This document shows positions 12,252 through 24,381 of a stretch of DNA of 64,000 nucleotides, in pieces (the stretch's first letter is position 1; every line of letters begins with the position of its first letter). A program made the position numbers and the translations under genes. This DNA comes from Azolla caroliniana (lineage: Eukaryota > Plantae > Polypodiophyta): positions 930,001 through 994,000 of the forward strand of contig JBHGNT010000021.1 of assembly GCA_043228905.1 (NCBI GenBank), in the 5' to 3' direction. The notes below the pieces were generated by a model, which was given only the letters and a program-made list of their open reading frames with translations, had not been told where the DNA came from and searched no databases.

Positions 12252-15200
12252 TTAGACAACATTATGGAGTAAGATTTTCCGTTTATTCCACCAATTTCTC
12301 TTCTTATGTAGAGGCTCTCCATTACCAAGCTTCTGTAAAACCCCTTTAGTATTTTTGAGTCTGTACTTGAAGTCCTTCGTCCAAGCATTAAAACTTTCCT
12401 TGAGTTTACTCAGTTCTTCATCAGGATTCAGGCATGCTTCTGTTTGGCCAGATTTCACCTCTTTCAGGAACTCTGCATCATCCATGAAAACTTGCGTTCT
12501 GTGCTCAAATTCTTGTCGCATTTTGCTCACTATCAGTTGGTCAGAAGAAACATGTCGCCTTTCAGAAGAGAGACACAAATTCTCAGAAGATGTCTTCTGA
12601 GAGGTCAAGTTATGGTCTGAACTTAATGAATCTACGGAGGATGTGGTTTCATCCCAATCAAATTCATGAGCAATTTCATTGTTATGTGGGACGATAGCAT
12701 TATGTTGAAGGATATTATTGTTATGTTGCATAGTATTTTTGTGTGGCAGGGTATCATTGTTATGTGGGAGGATATGCCTCGAGCCTCTTGGTGTATTGAT
12801 GAGATAATTCTTTCTTGAAGATGTATCATCTAGTTTCAATTCATGACATGAAGCTGCCTCTTGATTCCCAAGGCTTTGTTTTGCATCATTGATTTGTTTC
12901 TGAAGAGATATCATTTGCATCCGCCACATTGCCTCTAAACCTGGGATTTCGGACCATAGTTTTTCATAGCGGTCAAGCTTTTGCCGAAGATTAGCATTCT
13001 CTAGCTCTTTTTCTCGAAGTGTGGCCTCAACAGATTGAATTTGTCTCTCTATTTTAGTTCTAAGTGAGTTTGAGACTCTGGCTCTCGCATCTTCTTCAGA
13101 TTGTGTTACCTTCATTGAAAAAATAATGTTATCGTAATCTATCTTAATGCAGTGCCAAAGGAGCATTTATTCTCAATTCCATATGTTGATGGGTATTGAT
13201 GTATACTTTTTTCTTTTTAGAAAATAACAGGTGAATTTATTAGAGTATTTTAATGCATCTTGAGGGAAAAGAGAACCATGAGATTTCCATCCTTTTCCTC
13301 TAAATCATGACAATGGCAACGAATAGCTTCGTTGTTTGTTTGTTGCTTTACAGTAGATGGTGTTGTCAATCCATCACCTGCAGGTAGAGTTCCATTAACG
13401 TTACTTGATGGCAATCCATATGCTGTTAGCCCTTTATTGCTAAGTCAATTTGTGGCCAATTGACATATAATTGCTGGAGATGAACACTTAGACAATTTCA
13501 TAAAGAGTTTTTAGGAGGGAAAGATGAATTCCAATGAATATGAACGGATTAAATATTAGAAGATGAGAGCTGAAAGATTTTGCAAATGATGTAAAGGAGA
13601 GATCAAATGCACGGAATAATTTGTACAGGTATCCAGCTTTCAACCATAACAAAGAGAAGTATGCTCCCTCTATCCAGCTTTCAACCATAACGATGAGAAG
13701 GATGATACTACAATAGTTTGGCCTTGAGAGAGGAGATGAATGATGAAGACAATGGAGATTGAGAGTACCAAGATATAAAGAACATGGGGCATATCATCAC
13801 CAGATCATGGAGATGATTGATCACCATGTCCAATCTACATGAGGACACCTGAATGCACTTGTTAAACTTCATCATAGCATCATTTCACTCCACCAACCAA
13901 CATTCAGATACAAATTTCAGTCAGCATTATGCTCATACATATTAGCTATGCATGTTATGTTTGTAAACCATCCCCAATCATTCTACCACATGCATTGAGA
14001 TAATGATTATGGAGCTTTCAGAAACCTGGAGCTATTTATTTTTATTTTTGCATGAATGAGACATGGATTCATTCACCCATATCTGCAATCATGATTTGTC
14101 TCCTATGCTGATTTTGGCCTCTAGTAGACATTAATATATCTATGCTGATTTTGCATGAATGAGACATGGATTCATTCACCCATATCTGCAATCAATCATT
14201 GAGATAATGATTATGGAGCTTTCAGAAACCTGGAGCTATTTATTTTTATTTTTGCATGAATGAGACATGGATTCATTCACCCATATCTGCAATCATGATT
14301 TGTCTCCTATGCTGATTTTGGCCTCTAGTAGACATTAATATATCTATGCTGATTTTGCATGAATGAGACATGGATTCATTCACCCATATCTGCAATCAAT
14401 CATTGAGATAATGATTATGGAGCTTTCAGAAACCTGGAGCTATTTATTTTTATTTTTGCATGAATGAGACATGGATTCATTCACCCATATCTGCAATCAT
14501 GATTTGTCTCCTATGCTGATTTTGGCCTCTAGTAGACATTAATATATCTATGCTGATTTTGCATGAATGAGACATGGATTCATTCACCCATATCTGCAAT
14601 CAATCATTGAGATAATGATTATGGAGCTTTCAGAAACCTGGAGCTATTTATTTTTATTTTTGCATGAATGAGACATGGATTCATTCACCCATATCTGCAA
14701 TCATGATTTGTCTCCTATGCTGATTTTGGCCTCTAGTAGACATTAATATATCTATGCTGATTTTGCATGAATGAGACATGGATTCATTCACCCATATCTG
14801 CAATCAATCATTGAGATAATGATTATGGAGCTTTCAGAAACCTGGAGCTATTTATTTTTATTTTTGCATGAATGAGACATGGATTCATTCACCCATATCT
14901 GCAATCATGATTTGTCTCCTATGCTGATTTTGGCCTCTAGTAGACATTAATATATCTATGCTGATTTTGCATGAATGAGACATGGATTCATTCACCCATA
15001 TCTGCAATCAATCATTGAGATAATGATTATGGAGCTTTCAGAAACCTGGAGCTATTTATTTTTATTTTTGCATGAATGAGACATGGATTCATTCACCCAT
15101 ATCTGCAATCATGATTTGTCTCCTATGCTGATTTTGGCCTCTAGTAGACATTAATATATCTATGCTGATTTTGCATGAATGAGACATGGATTCATTCACC

Positions 15201-18200
15201 CATATCTGCAATCAATCATTGAGATAATGATTATGGAGCTTTCAGAAACCTGGAGCTATTTATTTTTATTTTTGCATGAATGAGACATGGATTCATTCAC
15301 CCATATCTGCAATCATGATTTGTCTCCTATGCTGATTTTGGCCTCTAGTAGACATTAATATATCTTTCTTTCTAATTAGTGAACCCAAGGCACATATATA
15401 AAACTTGAGAAGGTTGCTTGTAAGAAAATGTGTTTTAAGGAGACAATGCTCATTTATGTTTTCATCTCAAAATCACATTGGGCAGAATGTCATTTGGAGT
15501 AATAGAGTACTTCGAATTCGAGCACATGACTCCACTTGGATGATATATGAAAACACGGTTGAAAGAAACCAGAAATTTAAGCATGGAGAGGCTTTTAGTG
15601 TTACAGTCATGGAGTTATCATGTATGTGCACAAAGAGAATGATAGGCAATATAATTAATTATAACATTTAAACAATGCAAGTCTTTCATCATGCCGCAAA
15701 TGCAAAAACAGACGGCACAAATTGAATGTTCACCTTGTTGAAAGACATGGATTTTTTGCCTTTTCTCAAGATATTGTTTCCGTTTTGCTCTGGCTCTTAT
15801 AAACCGTTGCAAAATAATTGCAGCATAATGCTCTTTGAGTCTATTTCTATATTCTCGTCTCACATTTCTACCTCGAACCACTGTGAACAGCTGAACGTTA
15901 ACTATTTTTGTGCATTGTAAGATCACAACTTTTAGCATGAAGATTCCAGAATTGTACTATCAAACATACAAGATTGTAAAACAATGATTGCCCTTTTGAG
16001 TGCCTTGTAGCGGCATCTAATTTTGTATCCCTTATACAATTTCTGAAAGAGTATGATCCCTTCGAGGGTTTTTTCGCGGCAGTCTTCCAATCTGCCAATC
16101 TATTTTCAAGGAAACTTTCTTGTAAGAATTTTTACTGCATTTCAATTTGAATGCTGTAGAAAGATACTAATGAAAGGAGCTTGTTTACCTGTCCTGCTCT
16201 GAGGAATAGTTTTGTATTACCAATTTGGTACATTTCTGGTGGTACTGAAAACTGTTCAAGGATTGCGATACATAAGTTGAGTGCATCGTTATGCAAAGTA
16301 GCATCCTTAGCAATCAGGAAACCATACCTGTAAAAAAGAGAATACCTCAAGATTGAACCTATATAAGCTCAAAATAGAATCTAGATATGACTAAACAAGT
16401 GGCCAAATGAATTATGAAAGGAAAAATCGCTTTAATACTATACTTATTGAAGAGACAAAATGTTTGCAATTACACCTGCTTGCAAACTTTTGATGTGATG
16501 TGCGTGTTGGATATCCAGCTCTAGATATTCGAACAACTTCTAATACCCCACAGCAGCATAATTGGTGTAAAACCAGGTTCTCTTCGAAGAGGCTTGGTTG
16601 TTGTAGCGTGTTGGGCTTTATACAGCGAATGAAGTGAGGCTCGGTGCTATTTAATCTTTGCATCAATTCACAAAGTTGCGCCTATTGCAAATTATCACAA
16701 TTTCAGAAAAAGAAATAGCATAAAACAGAAAATACTCATTTATTGAAAACTTGCGTAGAGATAGGTAAATGGTAGACCTTGAATTTTACTGCAATACTTT
16801 GTTTCTGAAGCTCTGTCCCTATTTTACGTCCTCCATTCATCATCTTTTGGAGACTTGGTACAATTTTACCTGCAATACTTTGTGGTAAGCTAGTTTTGCA
16901 TGAAGCCAACAACTGCAACAAGTCTTCATGAAGTACATCTTTGTTTTTCTCCAGAAATCCTACTGTATCATAAGTAACCTGGACACACCTTCAGTACATC
17001 TAGAGTGAATATCCATTCAAGAACAGGGAATCAACTAAGAACCAATACAATTGATTTTTCTCTTGTTCTTATCAGGGAATCACCTCTCCAGCATAATGCT
17101 TGATTGTGAATGCTTTAGTCCTTTCTGACTTGAAGTAGGCATTAGAATCAAGATGTAATTTTAATTTGTCCAAAAATGTATCATCAGAACCTTTAGGAAA
17201 TGTGCACTCCTCATCGAGTAGAGAAATCACTCCTACTGGCCACTACATCCATCAAAAGTAGAAAATGTTCTTGGCAATAAAAATATGAGTGTTGATTTGT
17301 TTCTGCGCAAAAATTCAATAAGAAAGCATGCACTTCTTATTCACCAAAGCATATTTTTTTCAGAGCAGACTCATGGACCCTTTCTAAAAATCAAATTAAG
17401 ATTCTTGCTTAGCCAAGGACTGACTCAGTGCAGACTCATGGGCCTCTAAGGAGAAAATAAGTCAGCACAATAGACAAGTGAACAATAATAAAATGATATG
17501 CATAAATCTCAGCTGAAATCATCATTATTTGAGTTCGGTTTTTTGTTTTTCTTAGGGAGATTAATAGACTTCCTCCCTGAAGAAAAAGAAAAAGGGGATG
17601 AAAAAAAATAAAAAATAGACATGATAGAAACCTTCTCAATGAGTTCAAGACATTCTTGATTGTCTTCAAATTCGATGTGTGTCCAATCAATACCTTCAGA
17701 CGTATACTCCTGCTTATCAGAAGGTGGATTACAGTAATAATTGCACATAACAAATTAGGTAGACTATAAAAGTGAGCAAGGAAGATATAATTCTACTGTT
17801 CCAATACCTCTTGTTCAAGTTTAAACAGATGCCTGTTGAAATGTTGTTGAAGTCTCTCATTCGCGTAGTTTATACATAGCTGCTCAAAGCTGTTTTTCTG
17901 TGTAGGAGATCTTTTCGGGTTAGCATGAATGAATTATGATTTTTGGAATGTTATAACAGATGGTCATTCATAGTCTCTTACCAGAAATGTCTCAAACCCG
18001 TAAATGTCCAAAATACTTATGCATTTTCTAGTAGGCCAGTTTGGACCTTTGAAGGACCTGTTGATACGATCAACTAACCAATCAAAAAGGCCAGCATAGA
18101 TAGCTTTGGCCAAGGCATCTCTAGAATCAATTGCCTAAAACAATGTTACATACATAAGAACACAAAATGGCCCCATCATGGAATGTAAGTAGAACATTAA

Positions 18201-21200
18201 AGCATTACCTTCGAATAAGTTAGCTGCTGTTGTATATCTTCGTGTCCTGCTCGAATTGTCCGTGAAGAAAGTGATGTCATGAGGCAGTCCTTGCTACACT
18301 TTAACAGCTTTGATGTATATCCGAGCGCTATTTTTGAGACAGATCAGTGTGAGTCACAGCATGTATTTTTCTCAAGAAAAAGATACTACATTAGTATTAA
18401 GAAACGCTATAACTCTGTACATGAAATACGTGCACAAAGGTAATTATCCCCTTTTTTTTAGCAAGGTTAAGTTCATTACATTATAAATGCAACATACTCA
18501 GATACATATTCAGCAGCAGGGGGGGATCCACCAATGATGGTCTAAAAGACAAATCATGACAAGATCTTGTCATAAAATTGCAAACGAGGGTGGATTTCCC
18601 AAATTTCTACAGGGAAATTTTCACCAGAGCAATGAATGTAAGAGATAAACAATTCATAAAATATATATAGTACAAGGAACATGATAACGCAGATTCTTGT
18701 CAAATTCCATCTTGATTGGTCTCCTATCTTTGTTCCTCAGATTTAGTTGATAAATATACATGGGCCAATGGTCACAAATGCCATGGTAAACCGTTGAAAC
18801 CACATTTTGATATCCATGGAAAACAAAATATAGTGGAAGTCGAACAAGCTTGTCCCTGCATCCACAAGATATAAAGCAAATTCCAAGAAATTATCCATGC
18901 TCTATAATTGGAAGTAAAATAAGCTGGGATATGGCTTCTTTTTTGATTGATTGTTATCCCACCTATGGATTACCATAGATTATAATGGTTTCTCGCCCCA
19001 AAATGTCTAGCAAAGAACCCCCAAGGGAACCATATCCCAGTCACAAAATCCATACTCATGTATTTCCATCTAAAATTATCTTGAATATGTAAGGAAGCTT
19101 TACTATTCTAGATGGTTATCGTGCTTCATGATGTCTATCTGTAACAATCAAATTAATTGTTGGCTCATTTCAGGTTAATGATAACAGAACCAACAACACC
19201 TGCTACTTTCAAGACAATATAAGGTGGCAAGCAAACTTTGGGATTTTTATACCAAGTAAAATCTAGGGTATGCATAAGTGAGACCTTGTATCAAAGAAGT
19301 AGAAGATTGAATAATACAGGATCCAGGAAGGACAGCATTCGTCAATACAACCTCTTTTTCTAAGAATAAGAAGTATGGATAACTTCTCGGTAGTATGGTT
19401 CAGGCAAGAGGAAGGACAGAGGTCGAAAGAACAACCTGATTGAAAGAAGAACTTGATAGTAGATAGAACAATGTAGTTCTTGTCATTGAGTTCCAATGTG
19501 TGGACACATGCATATCGTTAAGATTTTGGTTCAGAATATATACCACATCTAATGAGAGATAACCTCCATATTCATTTGAGAAACCTCAATATGCTTGCTA
19601 TATTTAAAGAGCATATGAGGGATCTTAAATATCCATAATAAATGGGATGGACAATAAATCTTCCCATCAATTTATGCATGTTAAGTGTTTAAATGTCAGG
19701 AATCCCTACTGTCCAGCCATAGGACTGAAACTGTTGCATCTATACATAAGGGTATTTACATCGTTTCATCAAGTAAAATTTTTAAAAATGATATCAATGA
19801 ACTGTGTAGATTAGTCCTCAAATATATCTGCTATGGAAAGTAACCTTACCCTGATTGTTGTTCACACAGACATGATTTTCGTCATCTATAATTGAGAACG
19901 TGATGTTTCCTAGCCATAACACTGCAGATAGCATTTCAAAGATAATATGCTGCTCGTCTTTCGTAATTTGCACATCATTCATTGCAAGCTGCATCCAGAT
20001 GCAACATTAATGAAATCATAGGTTGCTTATCAATCAAAGATGAGCCACAACATATATGTGTCCATAAAACAAAACCCCCTATAGCTTTGTACTCACTATA
20101 ACTTCCTGAAACTTAGTAGCATCGTTGACGTTTTCAATATACAAACAATCGCCTTGATTTAGGTATGCATAATCTTTGCAAGGCAACAAGTGAATGGCAT
20201 CTAAAATAGAGAGCCTAATATTAGCAAGAAATAAAACACAAAGTTTTGATTTGTTTATTAAATGTCTATATTTATAAATAAAAAGTATACCTTTCAGTGT
20301 ATCATCAGCTCCAGCACAAAGCTGGTAAAAGATATGATATGACCGTTCACCATTTGCTTGTAGCACAACTCGAGACTGAGAATTGGTCACATTGAGAATC
20401 ATTTTCATGTAAAGATTTAATGCGATTTTTTTTCTTAGAAGGCTCATTCGAAATCTACCTTCTCAAGCAAATCTTCCATTGAAAATTGGCACAATAAGAC
20501 AGAACCCCAGGTACATGGAAGAGAAAATCCACATAAAACTGTCAATTCTTGTATAATCGTATATTTTTTCTCGATAAGAAGAAAACATCCCTAACATTCT
20601 TTGGTTCTTACATGTTTGAATCCATGCTCCACAAACTTTTCCCGAGTCTTCAAAAAATATGTCGATTAGTTTTCCCTGCACTAAAAACAGTTGTCATCTT
20701 GGTGACATAATGCTTATTTCAACTAGAAAGCAAGATCATGAATGCTTCTTTGGCCTTACAAATCTGCTGGAGTTGTCATTTCTTGATGTTTTGGCATTTC
20801 CAAAAGCCTCCAAGATTGGATTGGTTTGCAAGAGTTTGGTCTCGAGACCACCACTGCCACCAACAGCAGTCAAGTATTGCATAGCGATCTTTGCTGTCTC
20901 AGTCTTACCAGCACCACTCTCACCACTGAAATAGAAACGTTAAGAGCATCATTTGGAGGGACACAGATGTCGTTAATTGGTATATAAGAACAGAAGTTTA
21001 ACATAAAACTTAAAAATGAAATCCCATGAAAACAAATCTCCACTTGATGTCATTAGTGAACCAGATGAATTATGCTCTTAATTACTCAATGGAAGGAAGA
21101 TGCAATTGAATGCAAATGCTCCTCGGGATCAGAGTACACTACAACTAGAGGGACTACTCAAGTGGCATTGAGGATTGATTCATGGCATGATAGCCAACAT

Positions 21201-24200
21201 TAAAACGAAGGACAGTTGCATATGCAAGTATAGGGGGAGAATAAGAGTATGCCGGACCATGTGCTGAATGTAGGATTGACATAATCAATGAAAATTAAAG
21301 ACCTTCAATGGATGCACATGATGTTCCTTCTTTTCAACATAATGCATTGGGATTTACATGCACTCAAAACCTGGTAGAATATCACCATTTCTAAGAAAAG
21401 CATCATGAGCATTATGATTAATATATATGGTTTCCTTGACAATTAGGTATTGGTTGATTACACTCCATCTTACACCTTTATTCCGTTTATATATTTGGGG
21501 TTACATGGTACACCCCTAGGCTGTTTTCATTTAGAACCAATGATTGTGTAACCCACCTGATGATGACGGATTGATTTATTCCACCTGCTAAAGTTACAAC
21601 ATAGACTCTCGTTAATGTGGGTTTTGCTATTAAATAGATCTTCCCATATTATTCTGCACATTATATACAAACACACCTTGCATCATTGCTTTGAAAGCAC
21701 TTGCCATTGTTGAATATACATGTGGCTCATGGTTGTCTTCAGTTTTTGTACCATAAGATGCAAGAGAGTCTTTTGTATATAACGGGAGTTTCTTGAACGG
21801 ATTAATTGCAATCAAAACCGGTCCAGCTCTAGTCTTTTTGGATACATTGTGATAAGAAAACAGGGGATCAATAAAACTTGAAAGGGTGAATCACACTTAG
21901 GTTGTCATGTAAGAATGTAATGTTGCAATCTTACATAAATTTTATCTTGACTATATCTGCAACCAAGATTGTATAAGACAGATGGTTCATTTAGATAGCT
22001 CAGCTGTGTGAGATCAATTACACCTTCAAGAATATCAGGATTTGCAGGCAATAACTTGGAGACTGGAAATTTTAGCTGCTGACCATATTTCTTTATGTAC
22101 TGCAAGGCAAGTAGACATAGATAATCACACATCATGTGTTACTGGGTCTATGCATAAAAATATTCTCACTATACATACCTCTTTCTCCACAATATTGACA
22201 TATGCTTCAACGTCAGTGACAAAATCTGTAATACCCAATATCCACTTTTTTTCAGAGATTGGGCACCAGACTCGAGATTTCTGCACAAGCATGTCTTTTC
22301 TTTCTCAAAACATCATTCGCCATATTTCTTTTCTTTTATTTTATCAAAAATGGTGCACCATGCTTGCCATAGCACAGTCATGGATCATATGGAAAGACAA
22401 TAAATCAATGCAACAAGAAATAGAAAGGAAAACGGGCTTCACCATTTGCTCTAATTAAATGAACACATGCACACACACATGCTGATATAGAATCAATTCT
22501 TGCATTATTTAAGATGCATCCCCAATTTTTATATGCAAATGCAACTGCCAAAGGTTCCATAAGAATCCTCTTAAGCCATAGACTTTCCCAATTGCTACAT
22601 CTGGTGTCCGTCAAAGATTTCATACGAATCCTCCTAATCATAGTACATTGGATGTAACATAAAGATGTCATAAATATCCTCTTAATAACAGATCTTCACA
22701 ATCTTTGTATTGAGTGTATGTGTCAATTAGGCTTCAATGAGTGGAACATTCCTGTCGATTTTTCATTTGGCATACATAACAGGAAGAGATGTGAAGATGC
22801 TCTTATAGATCATGACAGCTTAACCTTATTGAACGCTGAAATGTTTAAGTCTTCATTCCACCTTTTGCTACTTGAAACATCAGCATCCACTGTAGCAGAT
22901 ATTACAAAACCGCTTTTTGCATTGGAAGCATCATTACCCACTTTTCCTGATATTATAGAACTATTTTTAGAGTTTGAAACATCACCATCCAATTTTCTTG
23001 ACTTTACAAAACCATTCTTTGAACTGGAAACCTCATCTTCCATTCTTTCTGACATCATGAAACTGCATCTGAAATTCTCTACTCTTTCTGACATTATAAA
23101 ACTATCTTTCACATTTGAAACAGCATCATCCACATTCTCTGATATTATATCACCAATTTTCATATTCAAAACATTATTTTCTAATTTCCTTGACATTAGA
23201 AAACCGGTTTTTGCATTCAAGATATCATTTTCCAGTTTTTTCGGCGTTATAAAACCACTTCTCATATTTGAAACATTATCGTCATCATCTTCCAGTTTGC
23301 TTGACATTGCAAAACTGTTTCTTGCATTTGAAACATTATCCTCCACTTCTTTTGACATCACAAACCTGCCTCTGGCATTTGAAACATCGATGTCCACTTT
23401 TTCTGACATCATAAATCCTCCACTTACATCCGAAACATTGTCATCTACTCTTCCTGGCATCATAAAACCTTCTCTCCCCTTTGAAACATTATCCTCCACT
23501 TCTTTTGACATCACAAACCTGCCTCTGGCATTTGAAACATCGATGTCCACTTTTTCTGACATCATAAAACCTCCACTTACATCCGAAACATTGTCATCTA
23601 CTCTTCCTGGCATCATAAAACCTTCTCTCACATTTGAAACATTATCAATCATTTCTTTTGGCATCACAAAACTTCTTCTCACATCTGAAATGTTATCATT
23701 CCCTTTTACTGACGTAAAAAAATCGATTTTTGCATTCAAAACATTATCATTCTCTTTTCCTGAGACTTTCGCATTTGAAACATTTTTATTCGCTTTTCGT
23801 GGCATTACAAAATGGCTTCTTGCATTATCATCTACACTTCCTGGTATTACAAAACCTTCTCTTGCATCTGAAACAGTATTTTCAACTTTTCTTGACATTA
23901 GCAGATTATGTTTTGACCTTTTGAGACTAGCAACATTATGTGATGAAGTTTCGGGTCTTTGAAAACAACCCTCACCGTCAATTGGTCTTTGAAGTATTTC
24001 CGATTTTTCCATCAATGGGTCCCTTGTCACAACAATATTCTGTTTTATTCTACTACCCTGATTAGGTCTTTCACACTTAAATCCATCTAAATTAGACCCA
24101 TCTCTACCACATATACCAACCTCCCTTGTTTCTTTATGTTTACATTTCTCTACGTCAAGGGGTGAAATAAACTCAGCATTACACTCATCTTTCTGTTCTC

Positions 24201-24381
24201 GTATTAAGGTCTCCAACCTCAGATGACCATCATTTTTGGGCAGATTAAATGAAGACAAGGCAATGTAATCATGATGAGGGATTGTAGGGCGAGGTTTCCT
24301 GTGTGAAGTGACCGATTTCCCGGGTAATGATCGATCGGTGGAGGAAGAAGCATGTGGTCTCGGATCTTGGGATTGGGCCAT
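12252..24381 (-). CDS. Class VIII myosin, 23 exons, ~1645 aa, with long repetitive N-terminal extension
   Basis: Exons (minus): 24381-22825, 22280-22179, 22075(or 22099)-21935, 21833-21677, 21584-21557, 20925-20760, 20675-20612, 20472-20459, 20375-20291, 20200-20097, 19988-19850, 18327-18209, 18134-17982, 17897-17808, 17709-17632, 17242-17084, 16978-16778, 16681-16476, 16327-16189, 16099-15970, 15880-15734, 13377-13277, 13109-12252. All phases are consistent. P-loop GESGAGKT, switch I NDNSSRFGK, switch II DIYGFE, three IQ motifs, coiled coil, and class VIII tail [16 protein letters not shown]...[10 protein letters not shown]. Confidence 0.93.
13993..15365. repeat. intronic tandem array, 204-bp unit x ~6.7
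   Basis: CATTGAGATAATG starts at 13993, 14197, 14401, 14605, 14809, 15013 and 15217. Each unit holds two copies of a ~45-bp core spaced 103 and 101 bp apart. Lies in myosin intron 21. Confidence 0.95.
22866..23940 (-). repeat. coding 51-bp (17-aa) tandem repeat, ~20 degenerate copies, in myosin exon 1
   Basis: Units such as [52 protein letters not shown] near-perfect 153-bp duplication starts at 23327 and 23480. Confidence 0.9.

Noticed and set aside
13993-15365. CRISPR-like look: ~45-bp palindromic repeat separated by ~57-bp spacers
   Set aside because: Only two spacer sequences alternate identically, there are no cas genes, and it sits in a plant spliceosomal intron. It is a tandem satellite.
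22718-23962. 414-aa antisense ORF over the myosin repeat exon
   Set aside because: Best explained as the shadow of an in-frame 51-bp repeat lacking antisense stops. It has no independent gene signals; stranded RNA-seq could revisit this.
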